Positions 50,962 through 63,227 of a stretch of 64,000 nt of DNA are shown piece after piece. The notes beneath the pieces are model-generated. The model was not told where the DNA came from. It did no database searches and saw only the letters and a program-made list of their open reading frames with translations. This DNA is from Narcine bancroftii (lineage: Eukaryota): NCBI RefSeq assembly GCF_036971445.1, contig NC_091475.1, positions 33,790,001-33,854,000 of the forward strand, written 5' to 3'. Made by a program: the position numbers and the translations under genes. Positions within the stretch are counted from its first letter, which is position 1. Each line of letters starts with the position of its first letter.

Positions 50962-51700
50962 CACCGGCACTCAGGCAGGCGGGAGAGCCAGACGCTGGGC
51001 GGAGCGGAGCCGCCTGATTCCGGGTTCATCACCGCGGCTCCTGGACAGCCAGTCAAAACGCACCGCGAAGCTGGAGGAACTCTTCAGGTCTCGCAATGCC
51101 CAGAGGAGGCAATTTCGGTGTGTTTTTACTGCAACCTCAGCGTCTGCAGACTTCTCTGTTTCATTTGGACAGCCAGTGACCGATTCCTTCCCCATCACAA
51201 CACACACACATACACACACTCACAGACCAGGGATGCCCAGCACAAATTGCACTTGGTCACATCCCCATCTCAACACACACGTTGCAAGGTCTCTGCACTG
51301 CCCGCCCCGCCCCGCACACACAGGATCACTCCGCAACGGCCCCATACAAAGATCCCGCCACTCACCCAACTATTTAGGGTCACCCCAACCTAGTCAAGGG
51401 GAGGGAATAGAGCTCCCACCCGATGCTGCTGAAGCCCCCCCCCCCCACCCACCCCCCACAGAAAGCATACTCATTACACACTACCCAAGGGAGTCTCTCT
51501 CTCTCAACGCGCCCCTCTCCAGGGAAACCCTGTAGTCCTTCTCCTCACTACTCCCCACAGCCTCATCCCGGTCCCAGGGCTGACAGCGCCAACCCCGCGT
51601 CTCGTTCTCGCGTGTTTTGAGTTCGCGCTTGGTATTGGGGGCCCCCGCGGCCGCCGTACGCACGGCCCGTTCCGGAAAGGGCACGGGATCGGGGGCGAAG
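50962..51700. promoter_or_regulatory. Bidirectional CpG-island promoter and 5' UTRs shared by PLCXD2 (-) and APOO-like (+)
   Basis: Divergent ATGs at 50961 and 51701; CpG-rich from about 50700 to 52100; ETS-like CCGGAA near 51672 and YY1-like AAGATGG over the APOO ATG. Confidence 0.75.
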
Positions 51701-51703
51701 ATG
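51701..51703 (+). CDS. APOO: APOO/MIC26-like exon 1, coding part is only the ATG
   Basis: gcgaagATG|gtgagt: good Kozak context plus consensus donor, phase 0 compatible with exon 2. Confidence 0.65.
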
Positions 51704-52047
51704 GTGAGTGCTCCGGCTGAGAGGAGACTCGCTGCTCCGCGACGGGTCGATGTCGGCGTGGACCGTTGCTGTGGGCGAAGGGAAGGCGGGGAACATGGGG
51801 TGAAGGGCAGGTGTGAGGAGGGCAGGGATCTCACTCACCCCCACGTCGCGGGGGTCTCTCGCAGCCCATGGAGCCTGGTCATTACCGAATCCGATGACAC
51901 TGGCCCCGTCAGGGATCTTGTTTCTGTGCATCCATGAAGCTGGAAGGCGTCGTGCGTGAAGGACAAATCGATTCAATGCAGCGTCGAGTGAAGTACAGGT
52001 ATAAATCTCCTGAAATCAAGTGCCAGCCCCTGTGTATTTCCTTACAG

Positions 52048-52149
52048 GTTGTCGGACCGGCAACATTGCGCACAAGCTTGGCCTTCGTTTCAATTCCTGT
52101 GTTCGCACAGAGTAAGGAAGAAACGAAAAAGGTTCTCAAAGTTGAGCAG
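52048..52149 (+). CDS. APOO: APOO/MIC26-like exon 2 (VVGPATLRTSLAFVSIPVFAQSKEETKKVLKVEQ)
   Basis: ttacag acceptor, gtaatg donor; resembles the N-termini of APOO (SVGPASLSLLTFKVYA...VKVDE) and APOOL. Confidence 0.85.
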
Positions 52150-52787
52150 GTAATGTTTATATTTTGTACCATGGTTACACGATCATGTACTACCATGAGC
52201 ATTCAGTGGTTCTCAACCTTTTTCTTTCCACTCCTAAACCACTTTAAGTAATCCCAATGCCATTGGTGCTCTGATTAGTTTCCCATTTCTTGTTATTTTC
52301 TTCACTTCTCCGTGCTCTTTCTGTATTTTGCGTATTTTCTTCACATATTTCTTGTCATTCTTTTCTACTCAGTTTTCCCTTTCCTTTTGCATTCAAAATC
52401 ATCCTTTCACTCTGTTTCAAACATTCCCAGCTCTTCTCCCACCCTTCCTTGCATCTGTTCTGCTATTTACTAATCTTACCTGGCTTAGAACAACTAATAT
52501 TTTTGCATTCCAGTAAGGAGCTAGTTCCTGGAGCTGAGGTACAGATATCTTTGAAAGGTCTTGATTTGTATGGAATGAACTTACTAACTTATCCAACTGT
52601 GCCAGTAAACTAGATAATTTACAGAACTGATTAAAGGCCTAAGGGGAACATCTCCCACTTCATCTCGGGAACATTCCAAAGTATGTTGCTCTCCTGAGTG
52701 ATTTTTGCAATTAAGACTGGAAATTCGAATGACAAGTTCGAACATTCAGTTGTCAGTGATTCACTACATCCTCAATTTCTAAAGGAG

Positions 52788-53241
52788 GTGCACATCTTCG
52801 TACACTGCCGCAGTAGGTCCATTGTATTTGCATTGTGCTTGCCTCTCTCTGCGTACATTTACTCCATAATTATACTCGATACTTTGTGCTGTTACTATAT
52901 GTACTGTGGTATATTGTATGCACCTGTAACAGTTGATCTCTTCTATATGTCTGAACACCAAATTAAGCAGATTGATAAACTAGAATGACTCAAAGATGGC
53001 CTCTGTGTTTCATAGGGGATAAAGTTCCACCTTTGCTTATAAGTATATCCTGCCTGTTCTGATATCTGGGTCAAAACGAGTGGAACAAGAAAGTGTGCAG
53101 ATGCTGAGATCTTAGAAAACGTGTTGGCACCCAGGCAAGGCTACTTAACTCTTCCTTCACCACATTGATGACTACATTGATGCTGGTTCATGAACACAGG
53201 CTGAACTTGCAATCTTTTGTTTCCAACTTCCACTCCAAACT
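52788..53241. repeat. Right, uninterrupted arm of the inverted duplication, in APOO intron 2
   Basis: Direct read-out against the left arm; near-identical core. Confidence 0.92.
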
Positions 53242-53647
53242 AGAGTATGGAAATGGGCCAGAAGCATCCATTCTGGCCAAGATGTCTACCTAAGCTAGTC
53301 TATTTGCCTGCATTTTTTTTTTTGACCCATATCTGTCTTAACCTTTCTTAACCTGCCCTTAAATATGAAAATTGTACAAATCTTCAACACTTCCTCTAGT
53401 ACCTCATTGCACATTCCCACCTTTCCCCTCTCACCTTGGTTGGTAAGGATAAGTTTGGTCAAAGAGCCTGCTTAAAATTCTATGAATTCAGGTCATTGGG
53501 ATTAATGTTTGTTTAGGAGGGAGGGAGAGAGAGTTTTGTAAGACTTCATGATTTAGGGCTTTGGGGAAAATGAAATAAGTTTCAGCCTGTGTGGGTAACC
53601 ATTAATTGTTCTATACGTACCAGTCTTGTTCTATACTTGTTTTGCAG

Positions 53648-53767
53648 ATGTCACTTTATACAACCCCGGCTAAAACTTTTCGCTTTGAGGAAGCAAAACC
53701 AACTCGACTTGAAGAGAGCATCTCCATGCTGCGAAAGTCAGCAGAACCATACACCACCCAGTATCAG
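53648..53767 (+). CDS. APOO: APOO/MIC26-like exon 3 (MSLYTTPAKTFRFEEAKPTRLEESISMLRKSAEPYTTQYQ)
   Basis: 120 nt, tttgcag/gtaagg; SLY..P...EE...LEESIS.LR...EPYT matches APOO. Confidence 0.92.
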
Positions 53768-54149
53768 GTAAGGCAGACTTCTGGAACTGTGTCCTGTGTC
53801 CTTTGGGGAAAAAAGTGGAATTTATTTGAATTTATCTCAGTGAATGGTTTCGTACAGAGAAGGGAAAAAAGCTAGTAGCTAGCTGGAACATTTGTTTCAA
53901 GATCAACTGGATGCTGGATATTTCTTCTTTGACAATTTCTTTGCAACCACCCTGTTTCAGTCATTGCCACCATTATTCTTTTGATTTATTTTCTATCTGC
54001 CCAGGCCCCAGTTAATAGGGGATGCTCCAATTATTGGTGTCTTCTGAGGCCCAGACACTGGTATGGTTTCCTTGGATCATAAAATAGGGATCGAATTGTG
54101 ATGGACATAGAATTCTTTTTCTCCAGGATTTGGACCATCTCAGCATTAC

Positions 54150-54540
54150 TCCTTATAGAAACATATAGGATTATGAAGGGTATGGATAGGATAGATGTAG
54201 GAAGGTTTTTTGAGCTGGCCAGGGAAACTAAAACGAGAAGACACTGTGTCAAGATTCGGGGGAGTAGATTTAGGACAGAGATGATGAAAAATAGTTTTCC
54301 CAGAGAGTAGTGAATGTTTGGAATTCTCTAACCAGGGAAGTGGTTGAGGCTGCCTCATTAAACATATTTAAAATTCGGTTAGATCAATTTTTACATGATA
54401 GAGGAATTAGGGGATATGGGGAGAAAGCAGGTAGATGGAGTTAGGTCATAAATTAGATCAGCCATGATCGTATTGAATGGCAGAGCAGGCTCGATGGGCC
54501 ATTTTTGGCCTACTCCTGTTCCTACTTCCTATGTTCCTAG
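54150..54540 (+). mobile_element. Relatively intact CR1-type LINE 3' end
   Basis: LIETYRIMKGMDRID..RFF......TRRH; 3' UTR ending in ttccta repeats. Confidence 0.75.
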
Positions 54541-54572
54541 CATTTCCCACTCTAGCCTAATTTCTTCATGAC

Positions 54573-55290
54573 TGTTACGGGCTCCAGAGGACCTGAAAAA
54601 CCAGCAGCAATAAATAAATATGCACCACCACACAGGGTTATTTAAACAAAAGTAGTTTTTAATTATATTTGAACAAGAAAACAGAATTAAACTTTAACTA
54701 ACTTAATCCCCCCCCCCATTAATACTAAGCGCAGGTGTGTGTAATGTATATTTAAGGTTAGAAAAGTTCTTTGGATCACGGTCCAATCTCACTGGTTGCA
54801 GACAATTCTTGTACAGAAGTTAGCATTAACAAAGTTCACCAGGCTTTGGTGTTTAACAGGCAAATGGTTACCACTCAGAGGGTTCTTGCTGGTTTTCAGA
54901 GAGAGATTCCTTTTTCAGGACATCCGCAACTGATTCCTTATCATTCAGTCTTGCTGACGAAACTTGCCCCCTTCAGGGTTCTCCAGATGATCCTCTTTCT
55001 TTCAGGTCATCTGTCAGACTGCCAGTCTTCTCCTTTGACCAGACAGCCTTCCAAAGTTTGCCAGCTTGTCCCTCTGGAACTGATTTCTGTGATTCTTTCT
55101 CTCCCTGAGAGCAAAACTGTTCTGATTCTGCCTGCAAAGATCACATGCTCCCCCAGGCCAGCTGTATTCTGCAACTTGGTTGTTCTTTCTGCAAAAGGCA
55201 CTCTGCAAAAATTCTGTGTTTTAAAATGTGTGTGTGCAAGCTGCTCTAGCAATTCCTCCCAAGCCACCTCAAAATACTCTGTCATGTGAC
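54573..55290 (-). mobile_element. LTR-like element related to 21675-22681
   Basis: Begins TGTTACGGGCTCCAGAGGACC, collinear with the reverse complement of the 22681 end over several hundred bp. Confidence 0.6.
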
Positions 55291-58242
55291 CTTCCCTGTC
55301 ATTGAAGTTATAAAGTCAGAGCTGTACACCTTGGGAGCAAGCTCTTTCTGCCCAATGTGGACATAGTCCCATTTGTCTGTGTTTTGCCCATATCCCTCCA
55401 ACTCTTTCCCATCCATTCACCTGACTAAATATCTTTTGAACATTATACTTGTTCCCACCTCTAGCATTTCCTATGAAGGCACCTACCCCACCTTGAAACC
55501 CTTTCCTTCTCACCCCAAATCTCTTGCCTCAAGTTTTACATTCCCCCACCCTTGGGGCAGAAAAAAATTGTGTTCATTTACTTTATCTATACCCTTAATA
55601 ATTTTGTGCAACCTCTATAATGTCAGCTCTCAGCCTGCTATCCTTCAGGGAGAAAAGTCCAGGCCTATCCTCATAACCAAGCTCTCCAAATCCAGCAACA
55701 TGCTTGTGAATCTTTTGTGCACCCTTTACAACTTAAAGACGTCCTTCCAACAATGAGGTAACCAGAACTGCACAGTACTCCCCAAATGTGGTCTCACCAA
55801 TGTCTTGTACTGTTGTAACATGTCCCAATTCCTGTTATTCAATGCCAGATCCTTTTTTCACCACCCTGTCTACTTGTGATGCCACTTTCAGATAACTTTT
55901 ACCCCTTGGTCTCTCTATGTCACAGCACTCTCCAGGCAAGTAGGTAAATAAATCTGAATTTACTGTATAAAATTTGTCCTGGTTTAACTTGCTAAGTTCC
56001 ATCTATCGTACCTTGGCTCGCTTCCCCAGTTGATTAAGATCCTGCTACAAACTTAAATATCTTCACTGTTGTCCTTTACTTTATCTGTCAGATCTATCTC
56101 GTATTCTTCTATTCCCTCCTGATTTCCTCCTTAACTACTACATTTTACTCCTTTTTTTCTGACCAATGTCTCAATGCCCCTTGACAGGCAGTGTTACCTA
56201 ATCCTTCTAACAGGTACATGCTGTCCCTGAACTCTTCCAATTTCACTTTAGAAGCACCCCCCCCCCCCCTTGCTTCAAAAGATTTACCCACCCAATCTTT
56301 ACAAGTGCCTGATCAAAGCCTTCAAAATGAACCTTGTCCTTAACTTGTGGGCCCACCCGATCTTTTTTTCCAAAACTATTTTGAAACCAATAGAATTATG
56401 GTGCTTCCCCCCCCCCCCCACCCCCCACTCCCCCTCACATGTTGATCATTTGCTTGATCCTATCAGGAAGTTCAGTACTGTGCCCCCTCTAGTAGGGCCC
56501 TCTGTATATTGTTTCAGAAAATATTTGCTGGACACACATTTGGAGTTCCACCCTGTTCAAGCTATTTGCACTATGGGAGTTTCATTCAATTTGAGGGAAG
56601 TTAAAATTTTCTACAATTACGACCCTATTCATTTTTATTGTCATGGATACTAAGGTATGTTGAAAAAATTCCTGCACAGACCCTCACCCATCATTTTATT
56701 ACTCCAGACTTGCTGCTGCCGATTGTGTTCCGCTGTGTGTTATCTTTCTCTGAACTGTGCTGCCCATATACTCACACTCTCCTGTTCATTCACACACCTG
56801 CAACTTCAATGCTAATCTTCATGTTTAAAACCTTTCAATTTCTTCTCTGTTCTTGCACATAACCTCCACTTTCCTTTAATCTCTATTCATGATGTTGTGC
56901 CAACCTATGTAAACCTGCTCCACATCAATCTAACTTTCCCTCATAGCCTGCATTTTTTTAATGTATCTGTGTGCCAATCTAGGAGTCTTATAAAAGTGTC
57001 CCACTTGTATCAACCTCTATTTACACCCCCGCCAATGCGTTCCAGGCACCACAACTCTTTTTTTTAAAAACTACCTCTGACATCTCCAACATTTCTCCAT
57101 TCACCTTCAACTGATGTCCTTTAGTATTCACCATTGCTGCCCTGTTTGTCTTTGAACTCCACTGCCACACTCATTGCTACTCCCTTTTTGGAGCCTATGT
57201 AATGGGTGAACAAGGTTACTGAGATAAGATGGGTCGCGATTTTTGAATTAAATTGTTTTTTGTCACATGTACAAACCACAGAGAAAACTTTTATGTGCAT
57301 TATCCAGGCGAGTTAACTTACCTTGAGTGCAAGATCAAACAAAAGTACAGAGTACAGAGTATAGTGTTACAGAGAAAATGTTCAAGCAGTGCAAGCTCTG
57401 TTCAATAGCTCATTACAGCAGGGAAAAAATTGCCTTTGAATCTGGTGTCGCATGTTTTAAAATTAATTTATCTTCTGCACAGTGGGGAGGGGAAGAAGAA
57501 AGTGACTGTGATGGGATGAGTCTTTTAATATATTGACTGTTTTCCTGGCACAGCAGGAAATGTAATTGGGAGTCGAGGGAGGGGAGGTTGGCTTGTGTGA
57601 TGTCCTGAGCTGCATTTACAACTCTCGACAGTTTCTTGTGGACTTTGGACAGAGTAGTTCCCGTCCCAAGCTGTAATGCATTCAGAAAGGATACTTTGCA
57701 TCTGTAAAAATTAGTAAGAGACGATGGGGGACATGCTGAACTTCTGAGGAAGCCAAAGTACTTACTTGGTCATGATGTTGACGTGGTTGGACTAGGAGAG
57801 AGCCTGTCACTTGGCCAAACTTGTCCAAAGGATACCAATGTTGCATGCAGCTTTCAACTCTAATGCAGTTCCATCAAATTGGGTGTGAGGGTGAATTATG
57901 CTGATAACATTGTTCAAATCTAACCATTGATCTGGGTCTCTCATCCCTGTAAAATTAAGCAATAATGATTTGTTTCTCACCTTGCCTAAGCAACTGTCTG
58001 CACTGCTGGATAGTTAACGTCTGTTTGCTCTGTTGTCTCAGAGACAAGAAACCTATTAACTCACTGAACCTAAGAAAGTTTGTTCAGCAGATTGAGTTTG
58101 TCAGGGATAGGAAACAGAAACAGTTCCTTTGATATAAATGGAAATGCATCTTTTATACTCTGGTGCCAGATCCAATGGATGGCTTTGTTCTTCATTGTGT
58201 ACAGATTTTTATTCAATTTATTTCTATTTTTTTTCTTCCTAG

Positions 58243-58297
58243 GGAGTTTACAATAATTTTAAACCTAAAATAGAACAAACTGTTCAGTTTGGAAAAG
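58243..58297 (+). CDS. APOO: APOO/MIC26-like exon 4 (GVYNNFKPKIEQTVQFGK-D)
   Basis: 55 nt, polypyrimidine tract plus tag acceptor, gtaaga donor; KPK and TVQFGK motifs. Confidence 0.9.
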
Positions 58298-60525
58298 GTA
58301 AGAATCTATCAGGCTTTGGTGTTCATTTCTGTTTTTGCAGAATGAGGATATAAGAAATAGAAGCAGGATTCCACCATTCTGCCTCTTGAGCCTGCTTCTC
58401 TATTCATTTGTTTGGTGCTAATTAACTGGACTTTTAGTTACCTAAACATGCCTTGAATGTAGTCAATGGCTGAGCTTCCACAATCTCAGAAGTAGTAATT
58501 TGAGAGATTCTCTACTCACAAGGTGAGGACATCTTTTCTCATCTGTTGAATGTTCATCCTTGTATTTTGCCTGTGACCTCAGGTTTGAGACATCCCAGGC
58601 AAGGGAGACAAAAATTTGCTGCATGTACCCAAGAACAGCAGATGCTGGTATTTTGAGTGAACAAAGAGATGCTGGCAAGACTCAGCGGATCAGGCAGCAT
58701 CAGTGGAGAGAAACGGTCAGTCAGCATTTTGCGTTGGGACCCAAAACGTTGACTGTCCACTTCTCTCCTGTAGATGCTGGTGGATCTGCATCTGTCCTGT
58801 TAAGTCACAGAAGAATTTTGTATGTTTTAATGAGGTTGGTCTTTTCATAGTCATAGGAGATTATGAATCCAGTCTGCTGCATCCCTCCTCACGTCCACCA
58901 TCTCAAGCATCCATCCAGTGAATGCTGCATTTCCTGCATTGCAAGTGCATCTTTCTAGGGTTGGCAGATAATACCTATGCATGTTATTCCAGCAGCAAAT
59001 TTACCAAGGTTCGATGTAACTGGAGCCAAGTGTTTCTGCACTTTTATCCAAATCCCCTTGCAGGCAAGTGCTTCAGAACCCAGCACTAGGGCATCAGGTC
59101 CATGTAAAAACTCCTCAGTATGCGATGATTTAAAATACATAAAATACTCTGCTGCACCATCCGCTGCCTATGTACAAGGAAACCCTCTGCTGAGCGTGGT
59201 GATTGGAGGGCAGATAAGATCACCGGTTTTCCTGCTCTCTGATCCATGGGGCTGAAGTTACATCCAAGGCGAGCTCAACCATTTAACCTGAAAGGACAGC
59301 TGGAAACTGTTTCCATTCTCATTCCTGCATGAATGTTTTCATCTCGGTTCCAAGCTCTTTACATGGTCATCTGTCAAAGACCAAACCATTATAATGAAAT
59401 ATTTTTTCTGCTCAACAAAGTACACACAAAAGGATTACTCATCTTTTAATTTTGGTGCTAAAGTCCAGATGCTTGGTTGGAAATATGTGTGATGTAAAAG
59501 TAGCTTAATAAAGGTTATCCATCAGAGTAAACCCAAATCATGTGCATTCTACACTAAACCTGATCTCATTTGTGTTTGAAGCACTTTCTGTGCAGGGCAG
59601 AGGTCATCCGTGGACTAGTTTTTTTATTCAGATTCACTTCATTATCTTAAACAACAGATTACGCACACTTATGTACTATACTCATACCCATGAGAATGCT
59701 GCAGTGAAGAATTTCACCCAAGCCTTTATGCCACATTTATCTTTGATCACTGCATTCTAATCACACCAAAAAAACAAATTGAAGAATAAGTAAAGTGAAC
59801 TTCATAAAATGGAGTAGTTCTGATCTTTCTCTTGCTCTCATTGTTCTCTTAGACCCCACTGCCCTCAATCAGTCACTTTACTACCTTGGTTATGCCGAGC
59901 ATAAAACTCATCCACCCCTTCCTCCTTTTCCCAAAGTAAATACATTGACCTAATACCCATAAACGTAGACAGAATCTCCAATGGATGGCACAGTTGGCAT
60001 AGTGGTTAGTCCAATGCCTTGACAGCACTAGCGATCGGTACTGGGGTTCAAATCCCATGCTCTCTATAAGGAGTTTTTGCATTCTCCCCGTGTCTGCTTG
60101 GGTTTACACTGGGGCTCTGGTTTCCTCCCACTGTCTGAAATATACTGGGAGTGTAGGTTAATTGGACCATAATGGCCTGTTACCGTGCTGTATGTTTTCA
60201 AAAGAATGGTATGCCAATTAGAAAGCTGTTTTAATTAGTGCTGATTCCTTTGGGTGCTAGGGTACTGAGATTTTCAGGCAGTGTAGACTGTAGTTTTCAC
60301 AATCAATATTGAGTGTCTGTGGCAGTAAGGGTCCCTATAAATGCATCCTGTAAACCTGAGCAATTGATTTGGAATGGTGATTGAATCCACTCATGATAAC
60401 GCATGGTCACCATTGTATTCATTATCCAGGTAACTGGTGGTAAGTGTTTGGATGAAGCAGATGTTCAAATGCATTGGTGTGTGGGTTATTGGGTTGTGTT
60501 TATGTTTTCTCGTTGTCTCTGACAG

Positions 60526-60624
60526 ATAGCTATACATTTCTGAAGAACCCTCCACCTGGTTTCTACCCACGGGCTGGAGTTATCACACTCGCTGGAGTTG
60601 CGGGCCTTCTGTTGGCCGGAAGAG
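60526..60624 (+). CDS. APOO: APOO/MIC26-like exon 5 (DSYTFLKNPPPGFYPRAGVITLAGVAGLLLAGR-G), first hydrophobic segment
   Basis: 99 nt, gacag/gtagga, phase 1-1; PPPGF.PR.GVI motif. Confidence 0.92.
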
Positions 60625-60939
60625 GTAGGAGCAGGAGGAAGCTTTATGGGAGAGAAGTTTCACTGTTTTATCTGGCGAACCCCATGTAAGCTCAATAATG
60701 GAGTCATGACAATGAAACATACCCTGTCCTGGTTTTCCCCTTGCCATTTCACCAAAAACCCCAATGGTCAAAGTTGACCCATACATGCCATTGAGATTGC
60801 TGGGGGTAAGAACAGAAATCATGGACCATAGTATATAGGAGCAGAATAAGACTACTCCGCCTATTGAGTTTATTTCTGCCATTCGAATCATGGCTGATGT
60901 ATTTTTCCTCTCAACCCCACTTTCTCGTAACCTTTGACA

Positions 60940-62420
60940 CTGACTCCAACCCTGGCCCTGGGCGCTTGCTTACCAGAGCTCCCAATGCCTTGGCTGTCAA
61001 CTCAGCATTGACCTTGACCCTCTGCTTACTAGAGCTCCCGATGCCTTGGCCGCTAACTCCAGCATGGTCCTGGCCGCCTACTTACCGGAGATCCTGCTGA
61101 TATGACCACTGACACTCACCAAGGCCCCAACCGCCCTTGGGCCAGAGCTTCCCATGTTGAATCTCACCACATGCCTCCTGATGACATAGACACCTACTGT
61201 GGTCCTGACCTCGCTGCTGGATCCACTGGCTCACACACTCCCCGTCAACCCACCACCCATTACCCTATCCCCCTACACTTCTTCCTACTCCCATCCCACT
61301 GAGCTCCCCACTTCTTCCCAACTCCCTAACCCTCAGGCTCTCTCATCTCCCCCCCCCCTTTCTTACTGGTAACACCTCTACCCTCCTCTTCCCCGCTGAC
61401 CCCCTCTACATCCCCTTCCCCCAACCACTTCATTCCCAACCTCCCCGACATTCCCCACCTCCCCCTGACCTCCACCCCCTTCACCCCTCTATCCCCTACC
61501 CCCCTGACCTCCATCCCCCACCCTGACGTTCCCCCATTTACTCCCCAATCTCACCAGCCCTCCACCTCCACCCTTTGCCTTCCCCTACCTTCCACCTCTA
61601 TCTTCTGACCTCTCCTACCTTCTTTCTCTACCCTGACCTCCATAACCTTCCACCTCCTCCCAACACCCTCCATCACAATGACTCCCACTCTGACTCCCGT
61701 TTGTTCTTTACCATCCCCTTTGAATGGAGCGCTCAGTCCTCAGTAGAGGTCTTACCTTCATTCCCCCTTCAGTACACACCACCGATGCCAAATTTAATCA
61801 AATCTCTGTTGATTACATGATCCATATTCCTCCATTCCCTGAATATTCATGTCTATCTAAAAAGCCTCTTAAATGCTACTACTATCAACATCCACCACTA
61901 CCTGACACCCTCACTCTTTCTGCCGCATTATCCAGTACAATAATTCCCCTTCTCATCCCAATATGTCTGTCCATATCCTGTTGTATTGCCAGGTTGAGGC
62001 CACATGCAAATTAGAACAACAGCTTGGCAGTCTCCAACTGGACAGGACCAATATGGACTTGTTCAGTTTCCTGTAACCTCCCCTCCCCTCACTCCGCATC
62101 CTACACTTTCTCTTCTCCCTCTGATCCCATTTCTTTTTCTTCTCTTGTCCCCCTCCCTCTCAACCTTCCCATTACCCACACCTTCCTTCTCCCAGCTCCC
62201 CACTGTATCCTCACTTCCCACTTCCTTCCCTTCTACTGCCTTCCTATCAAAGTGTACGTTTCTCTGCCCTCTGCCTCTTCCTCCTACCTTCTTACATTAT
62301 TCCTATTTTGTTCCCCACCCACCTTCTTCCCTCTCTCATCTGTGGTCACCTATCCCCTGCCAGCCTGTGCTCCTCCCCTTCCCCCTTTTTATCCTGGCTT
62401 CTGGTTTCTTTCCAGACCAT
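60940..62420 (+). mobile_element. Fragmented Penelope-like element with C-rich low-complexity tracts
   Basis: ERSVLSRGLTFIP N-terminal motif at ~61724 and a 3' part (caaattagaacaacagc...ctccaac) resembling the other Penelope copies. Confidence 0.6.
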
Positions 62421-63135
62421 TGAGGACTGAAATAATCAAACTGTTTATTGGCCACTACCAGAGGCATGCAATCTTGTCCTAGGGAATTCTTCATCAAGGT
62501 ACCAATTGGAAACAGAGTGGGGGTGTGCTGCCTTGTTCACTCTCTTGTCCATGAGACAGCACTCATCATGGATTGGCAACTCTAATCATCGGTTTTGGTT
62601 TCAGTTAGCAACTTCCAAGCACCTGAGTTATTGAACATAAGTGGGCCCTTTAAACAGGAGCCATGGCTTGAAGTTGACTTAAGATTGAGATTTGAGGTAC
62701 CACTGTTAGTGCAACCCTTTTACAGAACCAAAGATTTGGGTTTGAATCCATTGCTGCCTGTAAAGTATTTGTACATTCTCCCTGTGACCGCGTGGGTTGC
62801 CTCCCTCGTTCCCAAAATGTATGGGGTTAATAGGTTAATTGGGAACATAGGTGTATTTGTGTAGCATGGGCTTGTGGCCTGGAAAGGTATGCACTGTGCT
62901 GTATCTCTAAGTTTTTTATTAATTTAAAAAATAAACCATATGGGAGCTAAGCAATTCAGTCTGTTCTTGCTTGTCAATCATACCAACACCTTCCCAGCAT
63001 CAGATTCAGTTGTATGTTGAACTGCTGCCTTCAAGAGCCTCTGTCTCTATGGAGTAGATTTCAGGTACTTCTCTTGTTTCTCTCTGACTTTGGTTTAATT
63101 TGAGTGCTTTTATTTTTATGTTGGTAAAATTCTAG

Positions 63136-63227
63136 GTTCCCGTGTCAGGAAAATAATTTATTCATGTGGGTTTGTAGCAGCTTGTGGATCTCTGTATTAT
63201 CCTCAAGCAACTGTTGAAATCGCAAAG
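63136..63227 (+). CDS. APOO: APOO/MIC26-like exon 6 (GSRVRKIIYSCGFVAACGSLYYPQATVEIAK); gene continues beyond the window
   Basis: 92 nt, tctag/gtaagt; SLYYPQ motif. Confidence 0.9.

Noticed and set aside
50660-51535. 291-aa plus-strand ORF
   Set aside because: GC-rich CpG-island sequence antisense to PLCXD2 exon 1, starting inside the duplicated arm; no recognisable domain.
59985-60060. tRNA gene-like A/B boxes (also 13615 and 23503)
   Set aside because: Degenerate SINE heads followed by a SINE body; no intact cloverleaf.
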